From the IMG/VR virus record IMGVR_UViG_3300021066_000003: 49,320 nt of DNA. One strand, given 5' to 3'. Positions 8,825 to 17,609 of the stretch are shown in pieces. Origin of the DNA: a virus. The position numbers and the translations under genes are program-made. Position 1 is the first letter of the stretch. Each line of letters opens with the position of its first letter. The notes under the pieces are model-generated. The model was not told the origin of the DNA, made no database searches, and was given only the letters and a program-made list of their open reading frames with translations.

Positions 8825-9847
8825 TCAGTCCTCCATCCGGTCGAAGCGGCCGTTCACGTCATACCTGCGCCCGCGCGACCCGCTCCAAGGCCTCTGCGCA
8901 CGTCTGGCGTACCCCTGCATCCGCGGGCGCAGCTGCGGGCGGTTGGCGCCGATCTCGACGTCGCCCATGACCCTGAGCATGACGTCCGTGTAGTCGGACT
9001 TGGCAGAGTCCGCTCTGGCATCATCTTTCTTGTCCCGATACCAGTTGTAGAGCGCGTGGTACAGGATGGCGTGCCGATAGCGCAGCGGCACGATCGGCTC
9101 GTCCGTGGTCGCCGACATGCTCGTCAAGGCCGTCCCGGTCGTGCTCACCGCAAGATTCGCCGTGATGTAGGAGTACGGGATGGTCATGTTCGTCGACGGC
9201 GGGGCGTGGAATTTCACCCTGCGGATCGGCGTCGTGTTGCCGCTTGGCGCGTAGTCGATGATGCAGGCGACGGACGGGCGCGAGGGCACCGAGTTCGCCG
9301 GATAGCGTCGGCGAAACTCCGTCCTGCTGATGAGATCTATCGCCACCTGGTCGGAGAAGCGCTGCATGTCCAAGGGCCGCAGGAAGTCCGAGGCGAGGTC
9401 GTACTCGTCCTCGTAGTAGACGTAGGTCTCGCCGCTTACCGTTGTCTCCGTGAACTTGCTCGACAGGACAGCAGCCGTGTCACTGCTCACCGAGGAGATC
9501 GTGTACGGGTTGAGCGCCCCGGCGATGCGGACCTTGCCGTTCGCCCGCATGTTCTTCACGGTGAATTCGTTGTTCGTGTTCCACGCAGTCCCGGAGCCAG
9601 TCAGGGCGGTGTCGCCCTTCGTGACGCTCACCGTCCCGGTCGTGTACTGCGCCTGCGTGACGATCACTGCGTTGCGCTCTGCCCACGGGAACTTGTAGTC
9701 CGTCCCGAGGTGCATGTCGTGAAGTGCTATGTTGATGTAGCGCTTCGCCTGGTTTTCGGTGGCCGTTACGCCAGTCGCTTCCCTCGTCCGGTTCTGAAGA
9801 TCGGTGAAAAGGTCACTGAACGTCGTTAGCTGCGATGTGGCGCTCAT
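8825..9847 (-). CDS. Virion structural protein, head-tail adaptor / tail tubular-A-like candidate (340 aa)
   Basis: Track ORF with non-repetitive protein-like sequence (MSATSQLTTFSDLFTDLQNRTREATG...RYRHAILYHALYNWYRDKKDD...). Function is inferred from synteny only. Confidence 0.4.
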   Translation of the reverse strand: MSATSQLTTFSDLFTDLQNRTREATGVTATENQAKRYINIALHDMHLGTDYKFPWAERNAVIVTQAQYTTGTVSVTKGDTALTGSGTAWNTNNEFTVKNMRANGKVRIAGALNPYTISSVSSDTAAVLSSKFTETTVSGETYVYYEDEYDLASDFLRPLDMQRFSDQVAIDLISRTEFRRRYPANSVPSRPSVACIIDYAPSGNTTPIRRVKFHAPPSTNMTIPYSYITANLAVSTTGTALTSMSATTDEPIVPLRYRHAILYHALYNWYRDKKDDARADSAKSDYTDVMLRVMGDVEIGANRPQLRPRMQGYARRAQRPWSGSRGRRYDVNGRFDRMED

Positions 9848-9853
9848 TCGTCC

Positions 9854-10882
9854 TCATGCAGTGAACGGACCTGGTTTGCGGCGCGCGGCGTAGGTCCGCA
9901 TCGCGCCATCGCCCAGGCTATGCGGATTCCTGAAACGCACTTGCGCCCGCGGGTTCGTGCCAGCCAGCACCACGTAGGCACCGCGCTTCACTCGAATCTT
10001 CTCGTTGAGCAGCAGATCACGTGTCGCGCTCGCCACTTCGACGCCGCCTGCATAGACAACATTCGTCGCGTCGGTCGTGTACCCGGTGTCGGTGTCGTAG
10101 ATCGTTACCGTGTTGTCCGTGGCGGCGCCCGCGATCATCGAAATGCCGGTGATCTCGCCAGGCCCGACAAAGGCGTGACCGGACTTGGTCAGGTAGTCGG
10201 CCTGCCGAAACCGCTCAACCTTCGGCCCGAGACGCGCGTCGTCGACCATGACATCATCGAACAGCAGATAACCTTTCGTGGTCCCGGCGTCCTGACCAAC
10301 CACGCCGAGCCTTGCTTGGGCAATGGCCGCCTGATCGAGCGATGAGACAGTAGTCGCCGCCGCATCGTCCAGGCGCAGCACGAGAGAACCGTCGTTGCTC
10401 GCGCCATCGTCGAGAGTCACGGCGAGTTCCACCGTATGCCAAACCCCTGTCGTCAGCGGTAGGAACTGGCTGCCTGACGTCTCGCCGACGCCGATCCGCA
10501 ACCCGTTTGCCGTCGTGTAGTTGATGACGACCACGGCTTCGTTCGTTGGCCCGGCGGACTGCAGCGCGAGGATGATGAACTCGTCGGTGTCCGCCATCGT
10601 TATGTCCGTGGACACGAAAAGCTGGAACCGGACATGCTCGACGCCATCGAGCGCAAGATCGAACCCGTCGTCCTCCTGCACGTAGGCGTCGGCCGGCGTG
10701 CCGTCATTTGCCAGGTTCACCCGCATGCAGTAGGCGCCGCGGAACGGCATCGCCAGGCCAGTGAGCGAAGCGAGTGTGGTGTAGTGAGGAAAATCGAGCC
10801 GGGTTTCCGTGTCGGTTTCGCTGTTGAAAGCTCCCCGCGTCCCGTCTTCGAAACCTTCCTCGAAAAGCCAGGGAAAGGCCAT
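9854..10882 (-). CDS. Virion-associated protein with a possible ConA/LamG-like jelly-roll N-terminal domain (342 aa)
   Basis: MAFPWLFEEGFEDGTRGAFNSETD...WHTVELAVTLDDGASNDGSLVLRLDD... resembles lectin/glucanase-fold openings. The fold assignment is unverified. Confidence 0.4.
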   Translation of the reverse strand: MAFPWLFEEGFEDGTRGAFNSETDTETRLDFPHYTTLASLTGLAMPFRGAYCMRVNLANDGTPADAYVQEDDGFDLALDGVEHVRFQLFVSTDITMADTDEFIILALQSAGPTNEAVVVINYTTANGLRIGVGETSGSQFLPLTTGVWHTVELAVTLDDGASNDGSLVLRLDDAAATTVSSLDQAAIAQARLGVVGQDAGTTKGYLLFDDVMVDDARLGPKVERFRQADYLTKSGHAFVGPGEITGISMIAGAATDNTVTIYDTDTGYTTDATNVVYAGGVEVASATRDLLLNEKIRVKRGAYVVLAGTNPRAQVRFRNPHSLGDGAMRTYAARRKPGPFTA

Positions 10883-10886
10883 TGGC

Positions 10887-11603
10887 TCACTCCTTCGCAG
10901 CCTTCTCGGCCGCTTTGCGCTGGCGTCCTGCCTTCATGGCCGCCTTCTGCTCCGGGCTCATGGTGCGCTTTGGTTTCCCTTGCTTCGCGTTCGCCAAGCC
11001 GATTCCGTTCTCGATGTGGTCCTTCACCGCCGAGCGCTGATCGTTCGACATGAGGCTGGGCTCGAACCCAAGGGACTTGAGGTATTCGATCTGCTCTTGG
11101 CTGAAGACGACCGCGGGGCCATTGGTGGCCGGCATGAAGAACTGCTTCCCTTGGATCTGCGCGTTGTCCATGTTCAGGGTCGACGCAGTCGGGCGGTGCT
11201 TCTCCAGATTCGCCGCGTCGCGCTCGCCGGGCCGCAGACGCAACTGCAGGTTCTTCCACTCCAGAATCCTCGCCTTGTTTCGGCCTTCCCAACTCCGATG
11301 CTTGTCGACCGCGCCCGGAGGAGCCTTGCGCATCTCCTCCTGCGAGGGCATCCCCGTGAGGATTTCGTTGAGCAACTGTCTGCTCCTCGCCACCATGCGG
11401 CCTTCCTCATCGGCGTTCGCAGGGGGTTTCGGGATCTGCTGCTCGTACAGCTTTTTCGAGCGCTGCAGTTGCCGATAGACCTCACCCTTGTCCTGGATGT
11501 GCGGGCTGGTCATCTTGGCCTCCAGCGAGGCGATTTCCTCCCGGGCGGCTTGGGCCTGATCCGGGCGAAGGAGCGGTTTCGTGTCGAAGACTTGCGTGTC
11601 CAT
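10887..11603 (-). CDS. Hypothetical protein (238 aa)
   Basis: ATG at 11603 (MDTQVFDTKPLLRPDQ...) lies 2 nt after the acetyltransferase stop. The Arg-rich N-terminal extension of track ORF 10887..11996 is a shadow of the acetyltransferase gene. Confidence 0.6.
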   Translation of the reverse strand: MDTQVFDTKPLLRPDQAQAAREEIASLEAKMTSPHIQDKGEVYRQLQRSKKLYEQQIPKPPANADEEGRMVARSRQLLNEILTGMPSQEEMRKAPPGAVDKHRSWEGRNKARILEWKNLQLRLRPGERDAANLEKHRPTASTLNMDNAQIQGKQFFMPATNGPAVVFSQEQIEYLKSLGFEPSLMSNDQRSAVKDHIENGIGLANAKQGKPKRTMSPEQKAAMKAGRQRKAAEKAAKE

Positions 11604-11605
11604 GT

Positions 11606-12037
11606 TCAGGCTGCCTTTCTGGCTGGGATGCCGACGACCTTCTCGCCGTAGTTGACGTCGTGGGTGACGACAGCACCGGCCGCGACCATCGCGTCGACGC
11701 CAATGACCACCCCTGGAAGAATGACTGCCCCGGCGCCTATGGAAGCGCCTTTGAGGATGCGCGGGGGCTGGGGCACATAGCCGTGGTTTCCCGCTTTCGG
11801 GTACTTGTCGTCCGTCATCGTGACGTTCGGGCCGATGAAGACGTTGTCCTCGATCACAGTGCCGTTCGGGATGAACGCGCCGTGCTGAATGCGGACGTTG
11901 GAGCCGATGCGGCAGTTCTTGCCGACGTAGGCGCAACTGCCGACCACGCCACCGGGACCGATGATCGTGCCCTCGCCGACCGAGGCGTACTGCCATACCT
12001 TCGTGCTTTCGGCGATGCGGGCAGTGTCGGCTATCAC
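11606..12037 (-). CDS. Left-handed beta-helix (hexapeptide-repeat) acyl/acetyltransferase (143 aa)
   Basis: GTG at 12037 overlaps the TGA of the glycosyltransferase gene (GTGA). Hexapeptide periodicity is visible in VGEGTIIGPGGVVGSCAYVGKNCRIGSNVRIQHGAFIPNGTVIEDNVFIGPNV...ASIGAGAVILPGVVIGVDAMVAAGAVV. Confidence 0.7.
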   Translation of the reverse strand: MIADTARIAESTKVWQYASVGEGTIIGPGGVVGSCAYVGKNCRIGSNVRIQHGAFIPNGTVIEDNVFIGPNVTMTDDKYPKAGNHGYVPQPPRILKGASIGAGAVILPGVVIGVDAMVAAGAVVTHDVNYGEKVVGIPARKAA

Positions 12038-12747
12038 GCGACCCGCCGGATGTTGTTGCCCCAGCCGACCTCTTCTGGCTCGTCCCAGAGCACCGGCCCT
12101 TGCGGGGTAATGTGGCCGGCGTACCAGCGGCCCTGATAGCGCTGGGGCGTGATGGTCACGTTCGCGATGTGCGGCATCACCCGGTCGCAGTCCACCCAGA
12201 CGTCTACACCGAAGTCGTGCATGCGCTGGATGAAGTACATATCCTCCATGAGCCGCCCAGGCGTGAGCTTCCCGCCCTCGAACCACGGATCGCCAAGGCG
12301 GTCGAGCACGGGTTTCCTGACCAGCGCCCCAGCCTGCCCAGCCGAGTCGCCCTTCGGAAGCTTGAATAGCCCCTGCGTCGGAAGATCCAGCCACGAGTAG
12401 CGCCGCATCTTCTCGGCAATCGGCCCGTGCATCAGGCATGGGACGAACGGCGAGTCCCGGCGCGGAACGACCGGCAGCACGAAGTCGAGTTCGCGGTCGA
12501 GCAGCCTGAGAAGCAGGTCTGCCTCGAAGGTATGGTCGTCGCCGAGGAACCAGCACCATGCTCCGGTCATCCGGCGCACGCCTTCGTTCAACTGGTGCGG
12601 GATGTCCGCGCCTCTGGCGGCGATGAGGCGCGTGCCGTGCGGAACCTGCAGCGCCTCGATCGACAGCCAGAACTCCGCATATCGCGCCAGGGAGGCCGCC
12701 GTAACGACGACCGTCCCCGGAGCGTGCTGGGAGGAAACGTGCTGCAT
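12034..12747 (-). CDS. Glycosyltransferase-like protein (237 aa)
   Basis: A Rossmann-like N-terminus (TVVVTAASLARYAEFWLSIEAL) and a DxD-type motif (WCWFLGDDHTFEADLL) fit a GT-A fold. The start shares one base with the upstream stop. Confidence 0.55.
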   Translation of the reverse strand: MQHVSSQHAPGTVVVTAASLARYAEFWLSIEALQVPHGTRLIAARGADIPHQLNEGVRRMTGAWCWFLGDDHTFEADLLLRLLDRELDFVLPVVPRRDSPFVPCLMHGPIAEKMRRYSWLDLPTQGLFKLPKGDSAGQAGALVRKPVLDRLGDPWFEGGKLTPGRLMEDMYFIQRMHDFGVDVWVDCDRVMPHIANVTITPQRYQGRWYAGHITPQGPVLWDEPEEVGWGNNIRRVA

Positions 12748-13691
12748 CAGCCGGTGGACAGCGTGCCGCCCGTGCCGCCCTGAATCGTCGCGATGTAGTT
12801 GTTGCAGAGCACGATGTCGCTGGTCGCCGTAGCTTCCGTAAGGTCGCCAGCCACCGCGTGCATGCAGCGCATCACCATCACCGCGTGATCGTTCGTGTTG
12901 CCAGTGACGTCGATGACGTCCGTCATGATGGCGCCGGAACTGTGGATGAAGTCGCAGTCCCGGATGGTGAAGTTGTCGACGCCGGTCGTGATCTCCACCA
13001 CGTCATCCCAGGCCGTCGAGCCAGCCAGCACCACTAGGCTCCTCTGCAGGACCCCGCCGTCCATCCCGCCAGTCGCCGCAGCGCAACGCAGGAACGGCCC
13101 TTGGTTGTCCTCTACGTAGACGTAGTGATTCGACAGGCGCGGACGGGCCGAAGCGCCGGTCACGCTGATGCCGAAAGTAGCGGTATTCGCTGCGGTGGTG
13201 ATGTTCCACGTGATGTCATGGAAGTTCGCGTCCGCGGCAGCGAGGCTGATGCCAGCCTGCGCCGAAGCCGGGACGATGTGCACGTAGGCAATCTCGGTTC
13301 TCGCCGAGGACACCGTGAAGACGGCGGCAGAAGCCGTGGTCGTCACTGCCGCGTCGTACCTGGTCGTGCGCGTGCCATGCTCGTGCGGGTCGATAGGACC
13401 GCCGGGCACGCCGAGCACCTTCAGGCCAGCCTTGTTGATGGTCTGCGTCGCGCTCCATGAATGCGAGCCAGGCAGGAGCATGATGACGTCTCCCACATCT
13501 GCGGTCGCGTTCGTCACTGCCTGGTTCACGGTCAGAAGCGCACGCTCTGGGGAGAGGCCGTCGTTGTTGTCCGAGGCAACGTAGCTGCGTCCCTCTACGG
13601 TGTAGCTCGCTGATGGGGCCACGAAGAACACGCGGCCGGTCGTGATCGGAATGGCGCCCCAGAGGGTGCCGTACGTGGTCAGGTAACTCAT
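12747..13691 (-). CDS. Right-handed parallel beta-helix (pectate-lyase-fold) protein, candidate depolymerase or fibre/spike (314 aa)
   Basis: Opening motif ...SDNNDGLSPERALLTVNQAVTNATADVGDVIMLLPG..., then Thr/Ala/Gly-rich beta-helical repeats. A strong SD (aaggaga) sits upstream. Confidence 0.6.
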   Translation of the reverse strand: MSYLTTYGTLWGAIPITTGRVFFVAPSASYTVEGRSYVASDNNDGLSPERALLTVNQAVTNATADVGDVIMLLPGSHSWSATQTINKAGLKVLGVPGGPIDPHEHGTRTTRYDAAVTTTASAAVFTVSSARTEIAYVHIVPASAQAGISLAAADANFHDITWNITTAANTATFGISVTGASARPRLSNHYVYVEDNQGPFLRCAAATGGMDGGVLQRSLVVLAGSTAWDDVVEITTGVDNFTIRDCDFIHSSGAIMTDVIDVTGNTNDHAVMVMRCMHAVAGDLTEATATSDIVLCNNYIATIQGGTGGTLSTG

Positions 13692-13761
13692 CTGTACTTC
13701 TCCTTCGCCACGATTTCCGCCCTACCCGTCCGCTTGCGTGGCCTCAAGTCTGGACCAGCGG

Positions 13762-13944
13762 TTAAATGCCTTCGCTCTTGACGAAAAATTTCCCGAACCA
13801 TCCGGTTTTCGGGGTGCCGCCAGAACGGTCCTTTTGCTTCGAGCCGAGGTTCGGACTCGCAGGGGAGCCTTTGGGCGTGTTGCCGTGCCCGCCGGCCCCC
13901 TTGCGGTTCGCCCCGTGCTGGTTGTTCCAGTACGGGTTCGCCAT
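13762..13944 (-). CDS. Small basic Gly/Lys/Pro-rich protein (60 aa)
   Basis: ATG at 13944 shares one base with the capsid gene TGA (TGATG). Sequence is MANPYWNNQHGANRKGAGGHGNTPKGSPASPNLGSKQKDRSGGTPKTGWFGKFFVKSEGI. The rest of track ORF 13762..14715 is a capsid-gene shadow. Confidence 0.45.
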   Translation of the reverse strand: MANPYWNNQHGANRKGAGGHGNTPKGSPASPNLGSKQKDRSGGTPKTGWFGKFFVKSEGI

Positions 13945-14861
13945 CACGTCACCTGTGCGCCGAGAACCCAGCGCCAGTTCGTGTACACGTTGGCGTAGCG
14001 GGCGTAGCCGCGCCACTTGCCGACCAGCGTGTCGAAGTCCTCCACCATCGCGAACTCGACCGGCACGCGGTCGGCCCACATCACGTACATCTTGCGCATG
14101 CGCGAATCGCACATGAACCAGTTGTTCGTGTCGGTGAAGTAGCGGCACTCGTAGCCCTTGTACTGGCCCTGGTGCACGTTCGGGTTGTTGTTCGCTGTGT
14201 CGACCTTGCCGCTGGCCTTCATGATCTCGTAGGCCTGCTCGTAGAGGTCCGGCGGATACCAGAGCTCGTCCGGGGTCACGTCGATCTTCTCGGCCTGGTC
14301 GCCGCGGAAGCCGACCATCTGGATCCGAGCCGCCGCCACCGCGGTCGCTGTCAGCGATGCGGTGATGAGGTTGTCGAAGCCGGCCGACGTCGAGGCGCCG
14401 GAGGTGGTCGTGTGGCTGTTCGAGCACAGCGCGACGCCTTCGGAGTGGCTGTAGAAGAACGTGTCCACGCTGAAGGCGTTGTTGAAGATGCGATGCGCGT
14501 GCTGCTCCCGGGTTCTCGCGTAGGACGACGCGAGCGCCTTGGGCCGCTGGTCGAGGATGTGGAACTGCTCGTCGTCGACGAGCTTGCGTTCCGCCTGAAT
14601 GCCCTTCGTGAACTCGACGAAGGTCATCGTCACGTCGTAGCCCTGGTTCAGCGAACCGTAAGACACCGTGCCGGTGAACTCGTCCCAGCCGCCGATGGTC
14701 CCGACTTCGGACCACGTCATGTTCTGACGGCCGCTGTGGGGAACGGTGCTGTAAATCTCCCCGATCATCGACGGGATCTGGTTTTTCTCCTCGTGGAAGA
14801 TGCGCTGAAACCGCGGGTCGAGGAGGTCCGCAAACGCGGTGGACTGCATTGGGGTTGCCAT
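13944..14861 (-). CDS. Major capsid protein, HK97-fold type (305 aa)
   Basis: Its size, its position after the scaffold gene, a strong SD (aggaga) and a sequence typical of ~300-aa phage major head subunits (MATPMQSTAFADLLDPRFQRIFHEE...WRGYARYANVYTNWRWVLGAQVT) support the call. Confidence 0.75.
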   Translation of the reverse strand: MATPMQSTAFADLLDPRFQRIFHEEKNQIPSMIGEIYSTVPHSGRQNMTWSEVGTIGGWDEFTGTVSYGSLNQGYDVTMTFVEFTKGIQAERKLVDDEQFHILDQRPKALASSYARTREQHAHRIFNNAFSVDTFFYSHSEGVALCSNSHTTTSGASTSAGFDNLITASLTATAVAAARIQMVGFRGDQAEKIDVTPDELWYPPDLYEQAYEIMKASGKVDTANNNPNVHQGQYKGYECRYFTDTNNWFMCDSRMRKMYVMWADRVPVEFAMVEDFDTLVGKWRGYARYANVYTNWRWVLGAQVT

Positions 14862-14883
14862 GTCTGTTCTCCTGGACTCTCGG

Positions 14884-15606
14884 TTAGGTCACGGTCGCGC
14901 CGAGGAGGTGGTCGACGAACTGGATGAGCGCGTAGCTCTTCGTCGTGCCCTCGTTGGCGATGTCGTTGAGCACCATCTCGACCACGACGATCGTCGCGTC
15001 GCCGGAGATCGCTACCGTGGCGTCGACTTCCGTGCAGTTGGTCGTCAGCTGGGCCGTGATCGTGCTAAGAGGCGACACTCCGGCGTACAGGAATTGATCG
15101 CCGACCGCCGTGTCGTATGGGAACGCCACCGTAACGGTCGCCGCGTTCGCCGCAGTCGACGTGATCTTCCGGGCTTTGCCAGCGTTGGCGCCGCTGTATC
15201 CCCAGATAATCCCCTCGTCCAGGTCCGGGCTGTTCGGGTCGAACCCTGAGGTCGTCACCGAAAGGCCATCCGTGGAAGCCGTGGTTACGGTCGCGGCCGT
15301 AAGCGCGGTGCCGTCCGCCGCGCCACCGGAGAGCCGGGCGCGGAAAACCGCCGTGGGGTTGATGATGAGCGACGTGAGCCGCGCCGTGTCGGAGTTGTCC
15401 GACTGCTGGGCCGTGACGTAGGTCCCGGCTGCGTCGACGTTCACTCCGACGAAGTCCACGGCGCCGCCAGTCGTGCCGAGCACGACGCCAGAGCCGTTCG
15501 ATGCCACCTTCAGGTAAGGCCTGCCGATAACGGTGTTCGTGGCCGCGACTTGGTACTTCTTGACGATGGCCGTCGAACCGCCGGACAGGTCGTATGCGAA
15601 TTCCAT
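14884..15606 (-). CDS. Putative head decoration/cement or second capsid-associated protein (240 aa)
   Basis: ATG at 15606 (MEFAYDLSGGSTAIVKKYQVAATN...). It is Thr/Ala/Gly-rich, of beta type, and sits directly upstream of the major capsid gene. Confidence 0.4.
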   Translation of the reverse strand: MEFAYDLSGGSTAIVKKYQVAATNTVIGRPYLKVASNGSGVVLGTTGGAVDFVGVNVDAAGTYVTAQQSDNSDTARLTSLIINPTAVFRARLSGGAADGTALTAATVTTASTDGLSVTTSGFDPNSPDLDEGIIWGYSGANAGKARKITSTAANAATVTVAFPYDTAVGDQFLYAGVSPLSTITAQLTTNCTEVDATVAISGDATIVVVEMVLNDIANEGTTKSYALIQFVDHLLGATVT

Positions 15607-15610
15607 GTTC

Positions 15611-15970
15611 CTATCCTCTGAACATGCGCCCGTACTCAGCGGCCCGCCGGTAGTTCTCCACCTTGCGGTGCTCGGCCTCCGCATCCTTCTCGTTCAAGAA
15701 AAGGGACGCGAAACCGAACTGCTGGCATACGTCGCAGTTGCCCCTAACGCGCCGAAGGTTCCTGTCGGGGTGAAGGCGGTAGTGCGCCTTGGCCGGCTGA
15801 AACTTGCGGGCGTGCGTAGCGCAGAGGATTACGGCCTTCCCGAGAGCGATCATGTCGTCCAGGTTCGCGCTACCACTGGTGTAGCGGTTCTTCCTGAACT
15901 CGTCCCGTTTCAGTTCCGCCCGCTTGATCTGCCGCGGCGTGTACTTCCCGGGAATGACGATTTCGAGCAC
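15611..15970 (-). CDS. Hypothetical Cys-containing protein (119 aa)
   Basis: GTG start. The composition is protein-like (…RKNRYTSGSANLDDMIALGKAVILCATHARKF…RGNCDVCQQFGF…). Confidence 0.55.
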   Translation of the reverse strand: MLEIVIPGKYTPRQIKRAELKRDEFRKNRYTSGSANLDDMIALGKAVILCATHARKFQPAKAHYRLHPDRNLRRVRGNCDVCQQFGFASLFLNEKDAEAEHRKVENYRRAAEYGRMFRG

Positions 15971-16026
15971 GGCCTAGCCCCTGCGTTTGCGGGGTTTGGA
16001 CCTCGATCGGCGGTTTGGATAACGCA

Positions 16027-16842
16027 CTAGGCCGGAAGCCCTAGTCGACGACGAACGTTCGGCGATGCGTAGGAAAGCTCCTTCTCGACGTCTTCCCAAT
16101 CCTTGTACCTGCCGCTCTTGATGCCGCGCTGATAGAAGTCCTTGTGTTCTCCCTTCAGCGCGTCCACTAGCTTCTTGCCGGTCGGCTTTCCGCCGCCGCT
16201 ATCGCCGCTTGAGCCGCCCTGCTCGTCGTGGTCTTCCACGCGACGCGAATTGGCAGCCTTCTGCAGCTTGTCCAGTGGACCCAGCACCGACCGGATCGCG
16301 GCGAGCTCGGTTTCCACGGATTTCGGTTGCCCGATACTGGTGAGGTAGTTGAACTCCTCCTGCACCTTTTTCCGTGTTTCCGAGCCCGATTCCATGATCT
16401 CGGGCTTGAGCCGCTTGTACGCGGAAATGTCCGCGTCGATGCGTTCCTTCTTCGTCCGTGCGTCTACGGCAGCATTCGCTGTAGCGTTCGCGTGCTCGAT
16501 GGCCTCCTCACGCACCTGCGAGGCCCACCTGTCGTCGGCCTGCTCCTGCGTGATCTGGCCGGCGTCCACCGCGGCCTTCAACTCGGCCCTGGTGAATCTC
16601 TTCGGAGCCTGGCGATCGTCGTCCTTCCTTGACGCTGCGCCTGACTTGAACGCCTCGAACTCGCGCGCCTGGGCTTCCAGCTGGCCCTCGTAATGGGCTC
16701 GCTGGCTTGCAAGCGCCGCCTTCAGCTGCTTTGCCGTAATCGGCTTGTCGTCGTTATCCGAACCACCGTTCGATGATCCGCCTGACGAAGCGCCACCCTC
16801 GCCGTTTTCGACGTTGTCCACGTCAGCGTGTTCTTGAGTCAT
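16027..16842 (-). CDS. Scaffolding protein candidate (271 aa)
   Basis: ATG at 16842 (MTQEHADVDNVENG...). It is acidic and helical, with Gly/Ser-rich ends, and lies between the portal and capsid genes. Confidence 0.6.
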   Translation of the reverse strand: MTQEHADVDNVENGEGGASSGGSSNGGSDNDDKPITAKQLKAALASQRAHYEGQLEAQAREFEAFKSGAASRKDDDRQAPKRFTRAELKAAVDAGQITQEQADDRWASQVREEAIEHANATANAAVDARTKKERIDADISAYKRLKPEIMESGSETRKKVQEEFNYLTSIGQPKSVETELAAIRSVLGPLDKLQKAANSRRVEDHDEQGGSSGDSGGGKPTGKKLVDALKGEHKDFYQRGIKSGRYKDWEDVEKELSYASPNVRRRLGLPA

Positions 16843-16951
16843 CGCGCCTTCCCGCGTTGCCAGCCCGCGTCGACCGGGCAAGTACGACCGTTGCGGCCGA
16901 ACCTACGGGGCGCTATTGGAAGACGAGGTTTTTGCGGGGGTTTCTGCGGGT

Positions 16952-17230
16952 CTACGCCGCAAGGGCGTGGCGCCGAACAGGGCCGAGCCATCCCCCGGTG
17001 TCAGGGGGGGAGTCGTGAAAGTCCTCAGGGCGGTATACGCCCTCGGCGAGCAGCCAATCGCGCAGGCCAGCCGGGCTGTAATAGGCCTTGTCGAAAGGAC
17101 CCTTCACCCGGAGTTCAAAGAGCCCGTTTTCCTTCTCGTGCCTGAACCAGTATTCCCACTTCGCCTCGTTGATCTTGACGAAGAACTGCTTGACGGCTCG
17201 GCGGCTAAGAGGACGGTTGGGTAGTCTCAT
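16952..17230 (-). CDS. Small protein, possible excisionase/AlpA-like DNA-binding fold (92 aa)
   Basis: Track ORF. ...LSRRAVKQFFVKINEAKWEYWFRHEKENGLFELRV...YYSPAGLRDWLLAEG... The fold guess is weak. Confidence 0.4.
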   Translation of the reverse strand: MRLPNRPLSRRAVKQFFVKINEAKWEYWFRHEKENGLFELRVKGPFDKAYYSPAGLRDWLLAEGVYRPEDFHDSPPDTGGWLGPVRRHALAA

Positions 17231-17609
17231 TTTTCTTCTCGAATTGCACGATGAACTCGTCGGCTTCCTTCCCGCCCTTCAGGATGTAGGCCGGGAGCTC
17301 GATTGCGAAGCGCAGGGTTTCAATGGCGACGTTCGCCTGGAAGATGTCGTGGCGCAGCTTGCGCACCTCGGCGTCGTCCAGCACCGATGGGTCGCCAAGG
17401 CGGTCATGCGCCTTCTGCTTCGCCTTGGTGTAGTTCTCGGCGATGCCCTGCAGGTAGGTGCAGTACCGCCCCCACTCGTCGGTTCGCTGCAGGCTGTCCA
17501 TGAGAGGGGCTGCGCCGGCCAGTATCCTCGCCATCGGAAGCATGCTTTGCTGTGCACGCGCATGGCGCTGGGTCAACGACTGCTGAACGTCCTTGCGGTC
17601 TACGATCAT
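17205..17609 (-). CDS. Hypothetical protein (134 aa)
   Basis: Track ORF with an ATGA overlap to the oxidoreductase gene. The sequence is helical and protein-like. Confidence 0.6.
   Translation of the reverse strand: MIVDRKDVQQSLTQRHARAQQSMLPMARILAGAAPLMDSLQRTDEWGRYCTYLQGIAENYTKAKQKAHDRLGDPSVLDDAEVRKLRHDIFQANVAIETLRFAIELPAYILKGGKEADEFIVQFEKKNETTQPSS

Noticed and set aside
5720-10882. Diversity-generating retroelement (template/variable repeat pair) targeting the fibre or lectin-like genes
   Set aside because: The repeats in the fibre gene are in-frame tandem structural repeats, not an adenine-mutated TR/VR pair. No reverse transcriptase gene exists anywhere in the genome.
10887-12559. Long forms of track ORFs 10887..11996 (369 aa) and 11606..12559 (317 aa)
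   Set aside because: Their N-terminal halves are Arg/Gly/Pro-rich read-through of neighbouring genes in the wrong frame. The real genes start at ATG 11603 and GTG 12037, exactly at overlaps with the upstream stop codons.
13762-14715. 317-aa minus-strand ORF overlapping the major capsid gene
   Set aside because: Only the last 60 codons, after the capsid stop, look real. The rest is an alternate frame of the capsid gene with Arg/Gly/Asp-rich junk.
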